64,000 bases of DNA from Chiloscyllium plagiosum (Eukaryota). Under the pieces are notes generated by a model, which worked only from the letters and a program-made list of their open reading frames with translations, was not told the DNA's origin and did no database searches. Within the stretch, counting starts at the first letter, position 1. Every line of letters starts with the position of its first letter. The stretch covers positions 30,564,062 through 30,628,061 of the forward strand of contig NC_057746.1 in NCBI RefSeq assembly GCF_004010195.1, given 5' to 3'. A program made the translations under genes and the position numbers. This document shows positions 1 to 12,459 of the stretch, piece after piece.

Positions 1-546
1 TTTTTACTTTTGGATATCAATTGTGGTTAAGCAAATGTGGATTCAGTTGGAAAGGACTTTTTAATGTTAGTTCAGGAAATGTGGGCGTCACAGGCAAGGC
101 CAGCATTTTTTGCCCGTCCCTAATTACGCAGAGAACAGTTAGTAGTCAATCACATTGGAGTCCACATTGGCCAAACCAGCTAATAGTGGCAAATTTCTTC
201 CCTAAACACCATTAGTGAACAAAGTAGGTTTTCCTAACAATCAACAGGGGTGACATGATCTCTGTTAAGCGAGCTTTTGATTACAGCTTTTTAATGAATT
301 ATCTGCCTTGGTGGTGGAATTTGAAACTTTATCCCTCAAACATTCTGCATGAATAGTCCAGTAATATCAACTCCCCTCAGCATTGAATGCAGTTTTAATT
401 TATAGTAAACCCAAAATCATCTTGGTTTCAAGTTGAAAATAATAGCGTTGCTTTGCATTCATCTTTTCTGGATTTGTTACAGAATTGGCTGTTGTTCAAC
501 CATGCCTATTACTCTTACTTTTATTGGTCTTTACTGCTACTTTCAG

Positions 547-682
547 GATGTACAAGGAACTGTGTGCCACATGTGAGAGCGTCTCAATGAGAAACTTCCA
601 TTTAGGACGCTCTGATGTAATCCGATCATCATCTTCAGATTCCTTGGAGTTTGTGATAAGCATGGATGACCCAGAAAAGGAG
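547..682 (+). CDS. CRAT: Carnitine O-acetyltransferase-like gene, internal exon (first one visible in window)
   Basis: tttcag acceptor / AG|gtactt donor. Encodes (R)MYKELCATCESVSMRNFHLGRSDVIRSSSSDSLEFVISMDDPEKE, aligning by eye to the CRAT segment CATYESASLRMFHLGRTDTIRS. Likely a paralog rather than the canonical ortholog. Confidence 0.9.
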
Positions 683-787
683 GTACTTTGTCACTAGAAT
701 TTACAGAAATGTGTTGTGCTCCAGCCCTGAAATTAATTTGAGCTGGTCAGGTATCAGCAATAGGAACTTGATAGCTTTTGAACTGGA

Positions 788-915
788 TTCTGAGGAAGGG
801 TGACTGGACCCAAACCATTAACTCTGTTATCTCTTCACAGATGCTGCCAGACCTGCTGAGCTTTTCCAGCAATTTCTGTTTTTGTTTTGGATTTTCAGCA
901 TCTGCAGTTCATTTG
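788..915 (+). mobile_element. Penelope-like terminal-repeat (pLTR) fragment with degenerate hammerhead core
   Basis: ctgaggaagggtgactggaccc... followed by gatgctgccagacctgctgagcttttccagc, a motif repeated many times in the window. Confidence 0.6.
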
Positions 916-984
916 GTTATTGTTGGGAATAGCTGAACCTTTTCCTTTGGAGCTCTTGTCACGAACGATTTTGATTCTATGGCC

Positions 985-1385
985 CTGATACTCACTCGCT
1001 GATTCCAGTGATGACTCTCACTGGGGAATGTCATTCCCTCACCAACCCTGACTGGGGATGATCACTCATTGAGCCCAGTACTGACCCTCACTGGGAATCT
1101 CTGCCACTAACACCAGTCACTGACCCTCAATGGGGAAACTTTCTTACTCACTCTGGTACTGACTCTTGCTGGCAAACATTATTCTCTGACCCAAGTACTG
1201 ACTCTTGCTGGCAATCTCTCTCATTGACCTTTGCTGGGGAGTATCTCCCACTGACCGTCATTGGGGAATCTCTCACAGATCCCAGTTGCAGAACCTCACG
1301 AGGGTTTCTCTCTCACTGACCCAGTCATTGAATCTCACTGAGAAACCTCAGTCACTAATCCCAGAACTGACTCTCACCACGGTCT
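985..1385. repeat. Degenerate minisatellite in CRAT-like intron
   Basis: Recurrent cccagtactgaccctcactgggga(a)tctct-like unit, about 10 diverged copies. Confidence 0.7.
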
Positions 1386-1632
1386 GCACTGTCTGATTGC
1401 AATGAGACCAGCAGAGAATATTATTTTTAAGGTGTAATCTAGTGAAGATAAATTGATCATATGCAGTTCTATCTGACATTATGGACATTAATTACGGAAG
1501 GAACTCCTCTAATCTTAACATGCTGCAAAACATGTGATCACAAACCAACCTTTTCTGCAGTAACTTGTTTGTTTACTTTGTGTAAATTTATCAAGATTAT
1601 CATAATGTGATTTTCTCCACTTCTAATAATAG

Positions 1633-1695
1633 ATAAACCAGAAGAGAGCAGCACTGGGAAAAGCTATTGATTGCCATAGTGCTTACACTGACATG
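1633..1695 (+). CDS. CRAT: CRAT-like internal exon (63 nt)
   Basis: taatag acceptor, ATG|gtaag donor. INQKRAALGKAIDCHSAYTDM matches CRAT 'HQKVELLRKAVQAHRGYTDR'; phase 0 at both ends. Confidence 0.88.
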
Positions 1696-2464
1696 GTAAG
1701 AGGGTGTATGGAGAACCTGTACCATTATTCTTCATGAATTAAGCTGCACTGTAGGTCTGTTCATGAGCTTGGACTTCCTTGTTGCATTTTCTTTGGTCCA
1801 ACAGTCAGTGTGATTTCAATTAATTTATTGGACGTGAAAAGATTGTTTCTTTGACAAACATCTCCAAATAGAATTGAGTGGGATAAGGGTTGATTACAAA
1901 CTGTGGGAGAAGGAAGTCAAGGATTAATGAAAGCAGGCTTACATTCTCAAAAGTTGTAGATCTGAGGAATCTGAGATTGGGTACGAAAGGATTACGTGAA
2001 CCTTTCAAAATGACAGTTAAGATTCTGTTGAGGGAGTTTATGAGTAGCAATAAGGAAGAATGGAATGTTGAGGAAGGCAGAAAGAACTATTAATGATTTT
2101 GGTATTTCAGTAGGTACAGTAATGTAGACATTAATTACTTTTCACATTTCCACTGGGGTGTTAGTCTGTGCAGAAGCATGAAACTAAGTATGAAACCCTT
2201 ATTATTGTGGCAAGTGAAAGCCACAAGAGGAATTTATATTCATTACTATTGGTATATAGGTAGTGGTTGAAATAGAAATGCTGAGGATATTAAAGACTAT
2301 TTGTAGCTTAAGAATCTAGTTCTGAAATTTTCTATATTACTAAGCCTTGAATTATATAGAACACTAGACAGGATCATTAAAGCAGATGGCAGTCATTAGC
2401 TATCTGTGTAATTTAAATAGAATGCTTAACTTTCAATAATAATTTTATTTTGTTTTACTCACAG

Positions 2465-2602
2465 GCACTTAAAGGATTAGCAATTGACAGACACTTGCTG
2501 GGCTTGAAGCTCCAGGCTATTGAAGAGGGTCTGAGTGTACCAGAGATCTTCATGGACACATCGTTTGCTGTGGCAACACACTGGAGACTCTCGACAGGAC
2601 AG
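2465..2602 (+). CDS. CRAT: CRAT-like penultimate exon (138 nt)
   Basis: ctcacag acceptor, CAG|gtagg donor. ALKGLAIDRHLLGLKLQAIEEGLSVPEIFMDTSFAVATHWRLSTGQ contains the family motif DRHLLGL and LST(S/G)Q. Confidence 0.93.
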
Positions 2603-3784
2603 GTAGGTTCAAGCTGGAACAGAGAATGATGATTTCCATTTCCATAGCCATCTGAAATGTCATTGGCATTACCGCACAGCAGTCACTCCCAGATATGTGT
2701 CATTGTCTCATTGTCTAAGTGTCCTGTTACCATGTTCCAAACAGTAAAATTCTAGTACTTTGCTTGCTAGTTTCATGAACCTATTTTACTCTGTCTCTTT
2801 CTTTTTCTTTAAATGCCCGGTTGTGTTTCACACCTTACAATCTCCTGGGATTGTTCTAAAACCTAAAGAATTCCAGAAGATCAAAACCAAACCAAACCAA
2901 ACCTCTCTCTGTAGCTGCTACCCACTCTTCTCCAAATAAACACCCTTGAATATTTTCCAAGAGGAGCCACAGTTTAGTACCTCATCCAAAGCAAACATCT
3001 TTAACGAAGCCGAACTCCCTCTGCCGTATTACTGAGAAGGACTTCCAACAGCAAAGCCTTTAAGTGTCAGCCCAGATTAAGCACTCTAATTAGGGTGGTA
3101 ATAGCTTGTCAGTTCAGGAAAATGAAGTCTGGGAGAATGTAGGCACTTGTAAAACCAGAGGGAAACTTGCAGAATATTAGGGAAGATCATTTACAAATTG
3201 CTACGCCACTGCAAGATCAAGCTTTCTGATACAATGGTTAAAATTAAAATTACCATTGAAATTAAACATCGTGGAAGAAAACTTTGCAACAAATGTTCAA
3301 TTACACATGCAGCTTGATTTTTAAAAATTTGGCTCATGAATAGCCCCAAAACTTAACATAGAATATTCTTGCACACTATTGAGCACTAGACTAGGTTGAA
3401 ATTGTATTGTTTTCTGTTGTGAAATGCAAAATGAGATGACAGCAGAGGTTAGTTACATCAATATTTTTCATGGGATGCGTGTCACTGGAAAAACCAGCAT
3501 CTGTTGTCCATCTCTAATAGACCTTGAGAAGGTGCTGATGCTTTGTGTATAAGAGCACTTCTGGATATGAAAAAAAAGAGAAGCCATTGCTGAATTGCCT
3601 TTTTGAGCCACTTCAATTCATTTGGTATAGGTACACTAACGGTGCAGTAAGAAAGAGTTTCAGGATTTTGACCCAGTGACAATGAAACATCAGTGATAGG
3701 ATTCAAGTCAGGATGACTTCTGGGGGGATGTACAAGTGGGAATGTTTCTATGCACTTGCTGCCTTTATCCTTCTCATGATTTAG

Positions 3785-4005
3785 AGACACCAGTGTTGGA
3801 CTGGAGTGGACAAAGTTAAAAATCACACAACGCCAGGTTAAAGTCCAACAGGTTTATTTGGAAGCACTAGCTTTCGGAGCGCTGCTCCTTCATCAGGTGA
3901 TTGTGATCAACCACCTGATGAAGGAGCAGCATTCCAAAAGCTAGTGCTTCCAAATAAACCTGTTGGACTATAACCTGATGTTGTGTGATTTTCTTTAACT
4001 TTGTC
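3785..4005. mobile_element. Palindromic pair of Penelope pLTR ends, inserted in an older LINE tail
   Basis: 3810-3897 is the reverse complement of 3912-4003; each arm has a CTGATGA...GAAAGCTA-type core. Confidence 0.75.
3865..3899 (-). ncRNA. Minimal type I hammerhead ribozyme motif (intact core)
   Basis: Minus strand reads cac-CUGAUGA-A-GGAGC-agc-GCUCC-GAAA-GC-UA-gug: conserved core, stem II, 3-bp stem I and palindromic AGCU stem III. Confidence 0.7.
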
Positions 4006-4216
4006 CTCCTCTGCATCAGAATCCTGGTTTGGAAGGTGCTGATGCTGCATTGCATCTTGTGGATGCTACAAATTGCTGCCATGGTTGTGGAGGAAGTAAA
4101 GGTTTAACTTGGTTTTTTTGGATGCTGATCAAGGTGGTGTCCTGGAAGATGCTTGTTGAATGTTGTTAGAGTTTTACTCATCTAGCAGGCAAGCAGATAG
4201 TATTCCATCTCGCTCA

Positions 4217-4372
4217 GGTGCAGGTCAGGTGAATTGGCCACTCTAAATTGCCCATAGTGTTAGGTGTGTTAGTCAGAGGGAAATGAGTCTGGGTGGGTTA
4301 CTCTTCGGAGGTTTGTTGTGGACTTGTTGGGCCGAAGGGCCTTTTTCCACACCGAAGGGAATCTAATCTAAT
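4217..4372 (+). mobile_element. HE1-type SINE, 3' part
   Basis: gtgcaggtcaggtgaattggcca...gacttgttgggccgaagggcct...aatctaatct tail. Confidence 0.8.
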
Positions 4373-4377
4373 CATTA

Positions 4378-4845
4378 GGATGATCCCGGTACAGAGGGAT
4401 TGTTTTATGAGCAAAGGCTTAATAGGTTGGGACTCTACTCACTGGAGGTTAGAAGAATGAGAAGTGATCTCATTGAAACATTTGGAATTCTTCAGGGCCT
4501 TGGCAGGGTAAATGCTAAGAAGATGTTTCCCCTCATAGGAGAATCTAGGACCAGAGGCCACGGTCTCAGAATAAAGGGATGCCAATTTAAAACTGACATG
4601 ATGTGGGATTTCTTACTTCAGAATGAAGAGCCTTTGGAGCTCCTTGCCACAGAGAGCAGCAGAGGCAGAGGCCTTGTGCATATTTAAGGCTGAGATGGAT
4701 TCTTGATCAATACAGGAATCAAGGATTACAGGGAAAATGCAGAAAAGTGGACATAAGGAATATTGGATCTCACTTGATCCTGTTGTATGGCAGAGCAGGG
4801 GCCAAATGGTCCTATTCTTGGTCCTATTTCTTATGATCACTTCTG
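4378..4845 (+). mobile_element. CR1-type LINE 3' fragment
   Basis: ORF 4400-4687 'RLNRLGLYSLEVRRMRSDLIETF...SRTRGH', the typical CR1 ORF2 C-terminus. Confidence 0.85.
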
Positions 4846-5620
4846 ACTTACTTTGTAGACAACTCAGACTTGAGGGCGATAGCAGATGAGGTTTTTGCTG
4901 CAAAATTCTCAGTCTCTAATCTCTTGTAGCCGCAGTAAGTTGGTGGTAGATGGAATATTAACAAATGTATTGGGAGGACTAGCTAATCCTCATTAGCATA
5001 AAAGTAAAATAAAGAATTACTGGTGGTCTAAAACAAAAATTGAAAGTGCTGCAGAAACTCAGCAGATATGGCAGCATCTGTAGGGAGAAAAATAGAGTTA
5101 AATATTTTGAGTCTAGTGACCCACATTAGCCTCTGGAACATGCAAGTAATGGTAAGATTTAGCATCTCTCCTGCAGAATTGCCTCACAGACAGACCGGTC
5201 AATGCAATTCAATGAGCAGAAACAGTATTGGTATATTGAGCTGTGCACTTCCATTCTTTTGGCATCTTGGAAACCACACTTAGCTAACGCACCTCATATC
5301 AGTCACCCTTGATCCTCAAAAGGGCTTTGGGTGATCGAATTTACTGAATCAACTGCAATTGCACTTTGATTCATCTTGTCAACTTCTGCAGCCATCTGGG
5401 GTCAGACACATTGATCTAAGCCCCATTTTCTGATGTACATGTTGTGGAGTAAAGCTATGTGGATGGTTTGGTGATGGAAATGTGATTTACCTTTCCCTGG
5501 GCATGTAATTCCAAAATAGTAACCTGGCAGAAATGGGGTTTATTTTTGATGCTATGCATATGTTATATATTTTGATGTTGGAAGATTGGTCTTAATGTTA
5601 AATTTTTTTTGCCTATCTAG

Positions 5621-5836
5621 GTGGCTGCCAGAGCAGACTGCGTGATGTGCTTTGGTCCCATGGTGCCAGATGGATATGGTGTCTGGTACAATCCCTTAGA
5701 AGATCACATCAATTTCTCTGTCTCTGCCTTCAACTGCTGTGAAGAGACTAATGCAGAATCATTTTCAAAATCTCTGGAGATAGCTTTATCAGACATACAG
5801 AACTTAGTTTTACAGACATCTGGTCAGGCTGCATAG
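5621..5836 (+). CDS. CRAT: CRAT-like terminal coding exon
   Basis: Polypyrimidine tract + tctag acceptor. VAARADCVMCFGPMVPDGYGVWYNP...LQTSGQAA* contains the FGPxVPDGYG motif of choline/carnitine acyltransferases. Confidence 0.93.
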   Translation: MAARADCVMCFGPMVPDGYGVWYNPLEDHINFSVSAFNCCEETNAESFSKSLEIALSDIQNLVLQTSGQAA

Positions 5837-6835
5837 GCGGGTCTGGAAGGAAAAGTCATTCTCCTGGACAAGGAAGAAGGCATATTGTCTATTGTGAAGT
5901 CATCTTCAAAAGTGTTGCTTGGTTGAGGCAGATGGTCATTTGATCCAAATACTAACTGAATTGTTAGTCAGTACCAATCTTAATACCTAGTTGCAAGATG
6001 CTAGGAGGCACAAGAATATACTTTCAGTACATTTTTAAAGGTCAAGTTTTAAAGCTCGTTGTTCTCAAAATGTGTTTAATGAGACTCAAATTTGACATTT
6101 GTCTGATATAATATACACGTGAATTGTGTTTACAGTAATGTTACAATGCGATGTGTTTTTGTGAATGTAAGAGATGGGCTTCATTTATTATTTCTGCTGA
6201 ATGCCCTTCCGTTACATAATTAATGATGGACACCTTCCCTGGTACATGAATTGATTTCTACATAGGTCAATGTATGCAGAAAATAGAAAACTGTTACAGC
6301 TATCTGATAAATCCAATTACTCATCTTTTGCTATCTTCATGCACACGTTGTGCACTCTATGATTGCCTCTCATCCCAAAATCTAACCATGTGGTACAGTG
6401 AAGACCTGAAGAACATAAACACTAATCTGTGATTTATTGTGTTCCACCTACCAACCCTAAGACCACCGCCCCCACACCCCCACCACCCCGCCTCACATTT
6501 CACATTTTGTTTGCGGTAACATTTCTGTGTGTTTGTACATGAAACCCCCAAGACGGGATCAGAATTTGTCAGCGTCAGTACCATAGAGTTTGGTCATACA
6601 GTCACTGAGAAGTTCATCCTGAGTATGTGGGTTAGGTTTGAAGCTTGATCCCAAAGAAGGTGATAAATAGTCACCATCCTTTAAAATGGAATGTTTGTTC
6701 AGAAACAATGAGTGATTTTGAAATATATTTCTCATGCAGATACTTGGACACATGGCTGTACACATGTTGGTTCATGCCAGTGTTATGAACACTACTACTA
6801 TTGATAAAAGGTGATAAGGTGCAACGAACATTTTA

Positions 6836-6841
6836 AATAAA
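6836..6841 (+). terminator. Candidate polyadenylation signal of the CRAT-like gene
   Basis: AATAAA about 1 kb after the stop, followed by a T-rich stretch. Confidence 0.4.
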
Positions 6842-7321
6842 TAATTATTTCAATTTTTTTTCTCAACTGCATTTCTTAGTATCTATTTTTCATGCAGTTG
6901 CTGTAGTCTATTGCAAATGTGAATTGAGAAGAGTGAGGTAACTTGAGCTTGGCATCCATCTACAAGATTGTAAGTTTGTTCTATCTTGAACAAATACATG
7001 TAGATTCAGCAGGAAAAGGTCTTTATTTTTAATTGCTGTAATAGTTAGCACTACGCATTGTTATGGCTCTCTGTGGAGGACATTCACAACTTCCCACTCA
7101 AGTTTGCTGTTGATCCTTATTCAGTGTTTGCATCAGCTTTTATGCACACCGACACCACAAAGAGACCATTCATCCCTTTATCCTTTTGTTGGCCTATGAA
7201 AGGGCAGTTCAGATGAGTCCAACACCATGCTCCATTTTTCCATAAACCTGCAAAATTTGCCATTTCAGACACCTTAAAGACAATTAGGAATGGGCAATAA
7301 ATGCTGACGTACCTAGCAATA

Positions 7322-10300
7322 AGCACAGAACATAGAAACGTACAGCACAGAACAGGCCCTTCGGCCCACAATGCTGTGCTGAGGATTATTCCTAATCTAA
7401 AATAAAATAACCTAACCTACGCTCTTCTCAATTCACTGCTATCCATGTGCATGTCCAGCAGTCACTTAAATGTCCCTAATGACTCTGCTTCGTCCCTAAT
7501 GACTCTGCTTCCACCACCACTGCTGGCAAAGCATTCCATGCATTCACAACTCTCTGCGTAAAGAACCTACCTCTGACATCTCCTCTACACCTTCCTCCTA
7601 ACACCTTAAAACTATGACCCCTCGTGCCAGTCAATCCTGCTCTGGGGAAAAGTCTCTGACTATTGACTCTATCCATGCCTCTCACTACCTTGTATACCTC
7701 GATCAGGTCACCTCTCTTCCTCCTTCTCTCTCTCGAGAGAGAAAAGTCCAAGCTTAGTCAGCCTCTCTTCACATAAGACAAGCCCTCTAGTCCAGGCAGC
7801 ATCCTGGTAAACCTTCTTTGCACCCTCTCCAAAGCCTCTGTATCTTTCCTACAGTAGAACAGGATACAATATTCCAAGTGTGGTCTCACCAGGGACTTGT
7901 AGAGCTGTAGCAAAACCTCGCAGCTCTTAAACTCGATACCCTGTTAATGAAAACCAAAATACCATATGCTTTCTTAACAACCCTATCCACTTGGGTGGCA
8001 ACTTTGAGGGATCTATGCACTTGAACACCAAGATTGCTTTGTTCCTCCACGCTACCAAGAATCCTGTCTTTAATCCAATATTCACCGTTCAAGTTCGACC
8101 TTCCAATATGGGTCACTTTGCATTTATCCAGGTTGAACTTCATCTGCCATTTCTCAGCCAGTGTTTTACATCCTGTCTATGTCACGCTGCAGCCTGCAAT
8201 AGCCATCAATACCATCAACGGCACCTCCAACCTTTGTGTCATTGACAAATTTACTAACCCAGCCTTCAACCTCCTCATCCAAGTCATTTATAAAGACTAC
8301 AAAGAGCAGAGGCCCAAGAACAGAGCCCTGCGGGACACCATTCACCATTAGCAGAATACTTTCCATCTACAACCACTCTCTGCCTTCTGTCAGCCAACCA
8401 AGTCTGACTCCAGATAGCCAAATCTCCCTGTATCCCATACCTGCTGACTTTATGAATGAGCCTACCATTATGAACCTTATCAAATGCCTTTCTGAAGTCC
8501 ATATACACCACATCCACTACTCGACCTTTGTCAACCTGTCTTGTCACCTCCTCAAAAAACTCAATAAGATTTTTGAGACATGACCTGCCCCTCACAAAGC
8601 CATGCTGACTGCTATGCTTTTCCAAATAGTCATAAATCCTCTTCCTCAGAATTCTTTCCAAAACCTTGCTGACCGCAGAAGTAGACTGACTGGTCTGTAA
8701 TTGCCAGGGATTTCCCTATTCCACTTCTTGAAACGAGGAACAACATTCGCTTCCCTCTGGTACGGCTCCCATGGAGAGTGAGGAAGCAAAGATCTTCACC
8801 AGTGGCTTAGCAACCTCCTTTTTTGCTTCCTGGAGCAATCTAGGATAAATCTGGTCTGGCCCTGGGGACTTATCAATCTTAATGTTTGTCGAAATTTCCA
8901 GCACATCAACTTCATGTCAAGCCTGTATCCCAGCTCCTCAAAGTTCTCATTCACAACAAGGTCCCTTTCCTTCGTAAAAACCGAAGCAAAAAACTCATTA
9001 AGGGCTTCCCCCATCTGCTCAGACTCCACACACAAGTTCCCTACACCATCCCTGACCAGCCCTACCTTCTCCCCGATTATTCTCTTATTCATCACGTATG
9101 AGTAAAACGCCTTTGGGTTCTCCTTAATCCTTCCTGTCAAGCTTTTTTAGTACCCCCTCCTGGCTCTCCTCACTCCATGTTTGAGCTCCCTTCTAGTAAG
9201 CCTGTAATCCTCTAAAACTGTACTAGATCCTTGCTTCCTCTACCTTACGGAGGCTGCCTTCTTCCTTTTGATGAGAAGCTCCTCTGTTTTCGTCATCCAA
9301 GGATCCTTAATCTTACCCTTTTTACCTGTCTCCGAGGAACAAATTTGTGCATCACTCACAACAACTGCTCCTTAAACAGTCTCCACATGTCTGCTGTGCC
9401 CTTTCTGTGGAACAATTGCTCCCAATCTGTACTTCCCAATTGTAATAGCGTCATAATTTCCTATTCCCCAATTAAACATCTTTCCTTGGTAGCTGCTCCT
9501 TTCACTCTCCAAGGCTATGGTAAATGTGAGGCAGTGTGGTCACTGTACCAAAGTGTTCTCCCATCACGAGATCTGACACCTGTCCTGGCTCATTGCTGAA
9601 CACCAAATTCAAAATGGCCTCTCCTCTTGTCAGCCTGTCTACATACTGAGTAAGGATACCCTCCTGAACATACCTGACAAAAACGGCTCCATCCAAACCA
9701 TCTGCACCAAGGAGGTTTCAGTCAATATTGGGAAAGTTGAAGTCACCCATAACAACAACCCTGCTACATCTGCATTTTTCCAAAATCCCCGGCCTATCAA
9801 TTCTTCAATCTCCCTACTGCTATTAGGGGGGTCTGTAGAAAACCCCCAATGAGGTGGCTGCTCCCTTGTTGTTCCTAACTTCTACCCATACTGACTCAGT
9901 AGGCAAACCTTCCTCAACAACCTTCATTTCTGAAGCTGTAATGCACTCTCTGATTAGCAATGCTACACGCCCTCCTCTTTTTCCACCCTCCCTGTTCTTT
10001 TTAAATGTTCTAAACCCTGGAACATCTAGCAACCATTCCTGCCCCTGTAAAACCCATGTCCCCGTTATGGCCACAACATCATAGTCCCAAGTACTGATCC
10101 ATGGTCTAAGTTCATCACTCTTATTTCTGAGACTCCTTGCGTTAAAGCAGACACACTTTGTTTCATCACGAGAGAAACCTTCCTGATAGATTCATTACAT
10201 CCTGTGACTGCCCATCTACAACTACCCCCCTCTCAGATATGTAACTCTGGTTCCCGCTAACTTGCCAAACTAGTTTAAACTCTCCCGAATCATGCAAACA

Positions 10301-10490
10301 AATCTCCCACCCAGGACATTTGTACCCTTCCAGTTCAGGTGCAACCCGCCCTTCATGTACAGGTCCCACCTTCCCCAGAAGTCATCCCAATGGTCCAAGT
10401 ATCTGAAGCCCTACGTCCTGCACCTGCCTTGCAGCCACATGTTAAGCTGACTGTTCCTCACCTGTCTCGTGGCACCAGTAGCAAACATCC
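7322..10490 (-). mobile_element. CR1/HER1-like LINE: decayed ORF2 (APE+RT) plus end of the SGNH-esterase ORF1
   Basis: Frameshifted pieces: [50 protein letters not shown]-like. GLHLNWKGTNVLGGRF near 10300-10350. Confidence 0.92.
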
Positions 10491-10994
10491 ACCTTTTAAA
10501 ATTATTTTGGAATCTGTTTCCATCACTTTTTTGCCTATAATATTCTAAATCACAACAGCTCGCTGACATTTCCCTATATCTTCCTTCTATCTCTTTTACG
10601 AATGATGTTAAATTGATTGCCTCTAAATATTTATTTACTTAGAGAATAGTTTTCCTTTACTGCTGTGTTTTCCCAAATCTGAAGTTTTAATAGAATCAAC
10701 AGCCTGTTAACAACCGTACACAATGTCACAAGTAAAAAGTAACAGGAAAAAGAGCCCAAGAACAATTGAAAGCAAACGTTTGTTTCTGGTGATTGTAGAA
10801 TGTTATAGGACAACAGTTGACCATATGACAAACCTACCCTTCCAGATTATTACCTGGTGAATGAAGTCACTTAAAAGTTTCAGATGAACCCAGGAGTTAT
10901 AAAAGTTAAATAGTACATGGGTACAATCAAATCAAATGAGAGCATAGTTAAGATTATAAGATTTGAGTGAAAGTATTCAGGGGGAAACAGGATT

Positions 10995-11180
10995 TTGGGT
11001 TTGAACCCTAATGCTGAGGCTTGAGCACAAAAACCAGGCAGACATTCGAATCTGACACCAATGGAATGCTACACTGCTAGAGGTACCATTTTCCATAGGA
11101 GTCTTTCAACTAAGGCCTCACCTGCCCTCTTCGGTGGATGTGAAAAGGTCTCAACAATATTTAGGAATGTAGCAGACAGT
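10995..11180 (+). mobile_element. Ancient Deu-domain SINE-like remnant
   Basis: Resembles the Deu core (tgctacactgctagaggtacc...taaggcctcacctgcc...ggtggatgtgaaaag); recognised from memory of the consensus only. Confidence 0.45.
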
Positions 11181-12459
11181 TAAATAAATGCTGGAATACT
11201 CAGCAGATTTTGGCTGGAAACAGAGCTAAAGTTTAAGGCCAATAACACTTTGACAAGTCTTTAACCAGAAATAATTTTTTTTGTAAGAACTGGTAAAACT
11301 AATGGATATTTCCAGAATTTTCTGAATTTACTTCCTGTTTTCAGTACAGGTCCCAAGCTCTGAATTTTTCTCCCCATGCCTCTCTATCGCATATCTCCTT
11401 TAAGATAATCCTTAAAACTATGTATTTCATAACTTTTGGACACCTGACCTAAAATTGCCCGTGAATCTCAATACTGCTGTTTCATAATGTCCTGGAGTGA
11501 TGCTTTAGGACTATGTAAAATATTATTTAATATTGTTTTGAGGGAGACAAACTCCCAGTCAACATCAAAAAAGTATATTTTCTGTACAATATCATTTCAC
11601 TGTGAATTAAATTGGTTATTGTGTTTACGCTTCAAGTCATTACACTTAAAATACTTAATTGGCTGTGAAACAATTTCAGAGATCGTGTGGTTGTGAAAGG
11701 CACCACATGAAGGTAGTTTAAATGCATGGACTAAATGTGGTGGTCAGAGACCCTTAGAAGAGTGATATTGGACTCAATGTGAATTTTCTTCTTCCTTGAT
11801 AAGCCCCTGTAATGATGAGAAAGTTGAAAAATATAGCTGGCCTTAGGAAATCTCTTTTTTTTCCTAAATTGAGGAAATAAAATCTCCACTTTTCTCAAAC
11901 TTTAAGCTGTAAATTCTGAATCCAGCTGATCAGCAATCACTGTATATTCAATTGTTTGTATCTCATCATTAGCTAAATCTGTCTTATTCCTACAAAACTT
12001 CCAATTATCCTCTTGTTCCCCATGAAATTAGATGGTTCCAATTCCCATCATGAAATGTAGAGTGGTTAACAGCTCACCATTTGCTTCTCCGGACTTTCAG
12101 ACAGTTGCATCTTCACCACCACATCCCTGCACACACTGGACACTGAGCTCTCCCAGCAAGTGGGCACTGGTCATCCAACAGCCTCACAACATGGCTGCAT
12201 TCAGACTAACTCACACACCATCTCAGCCATCAGGACTTCACTTTGGAATTAATTGAGTCTTGTTCCTTGCATGCTTCTACAAGATCACTTGGCCACGGCA
12301 CACATCACTCACCTCAAATTTCCCAGAAAGCAAACACTTCCAAACAAAATCATAATAAAACTCAGGTTAATTCTGTTTCCCTCTCCACCAATGCTGTCAG
12401 TCCTGCTGAGCTTCCCTCGTGCTCTCTACTTACATTTTAGATCTCCAACAAATGACCAG

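Noticed and set aside
485-546. Hydrophobic 'signal peptide' at the start of ORF 485-697
   Set aside because: It is the translated polypyrimidine tract of the intron; the exon begins at 547.
985-1385. CRISPR-like repeat array
   Set aside because: Eukaryotic intron, degenerate units without unique spacers, no cas genes.
547-5836. Choline acetyltransferase or CPT identity for the acyltransferase exons
   Set aside because: DRH (not DNH), DCVM.FGP and the overall C-terminal pattern fit CRAT.
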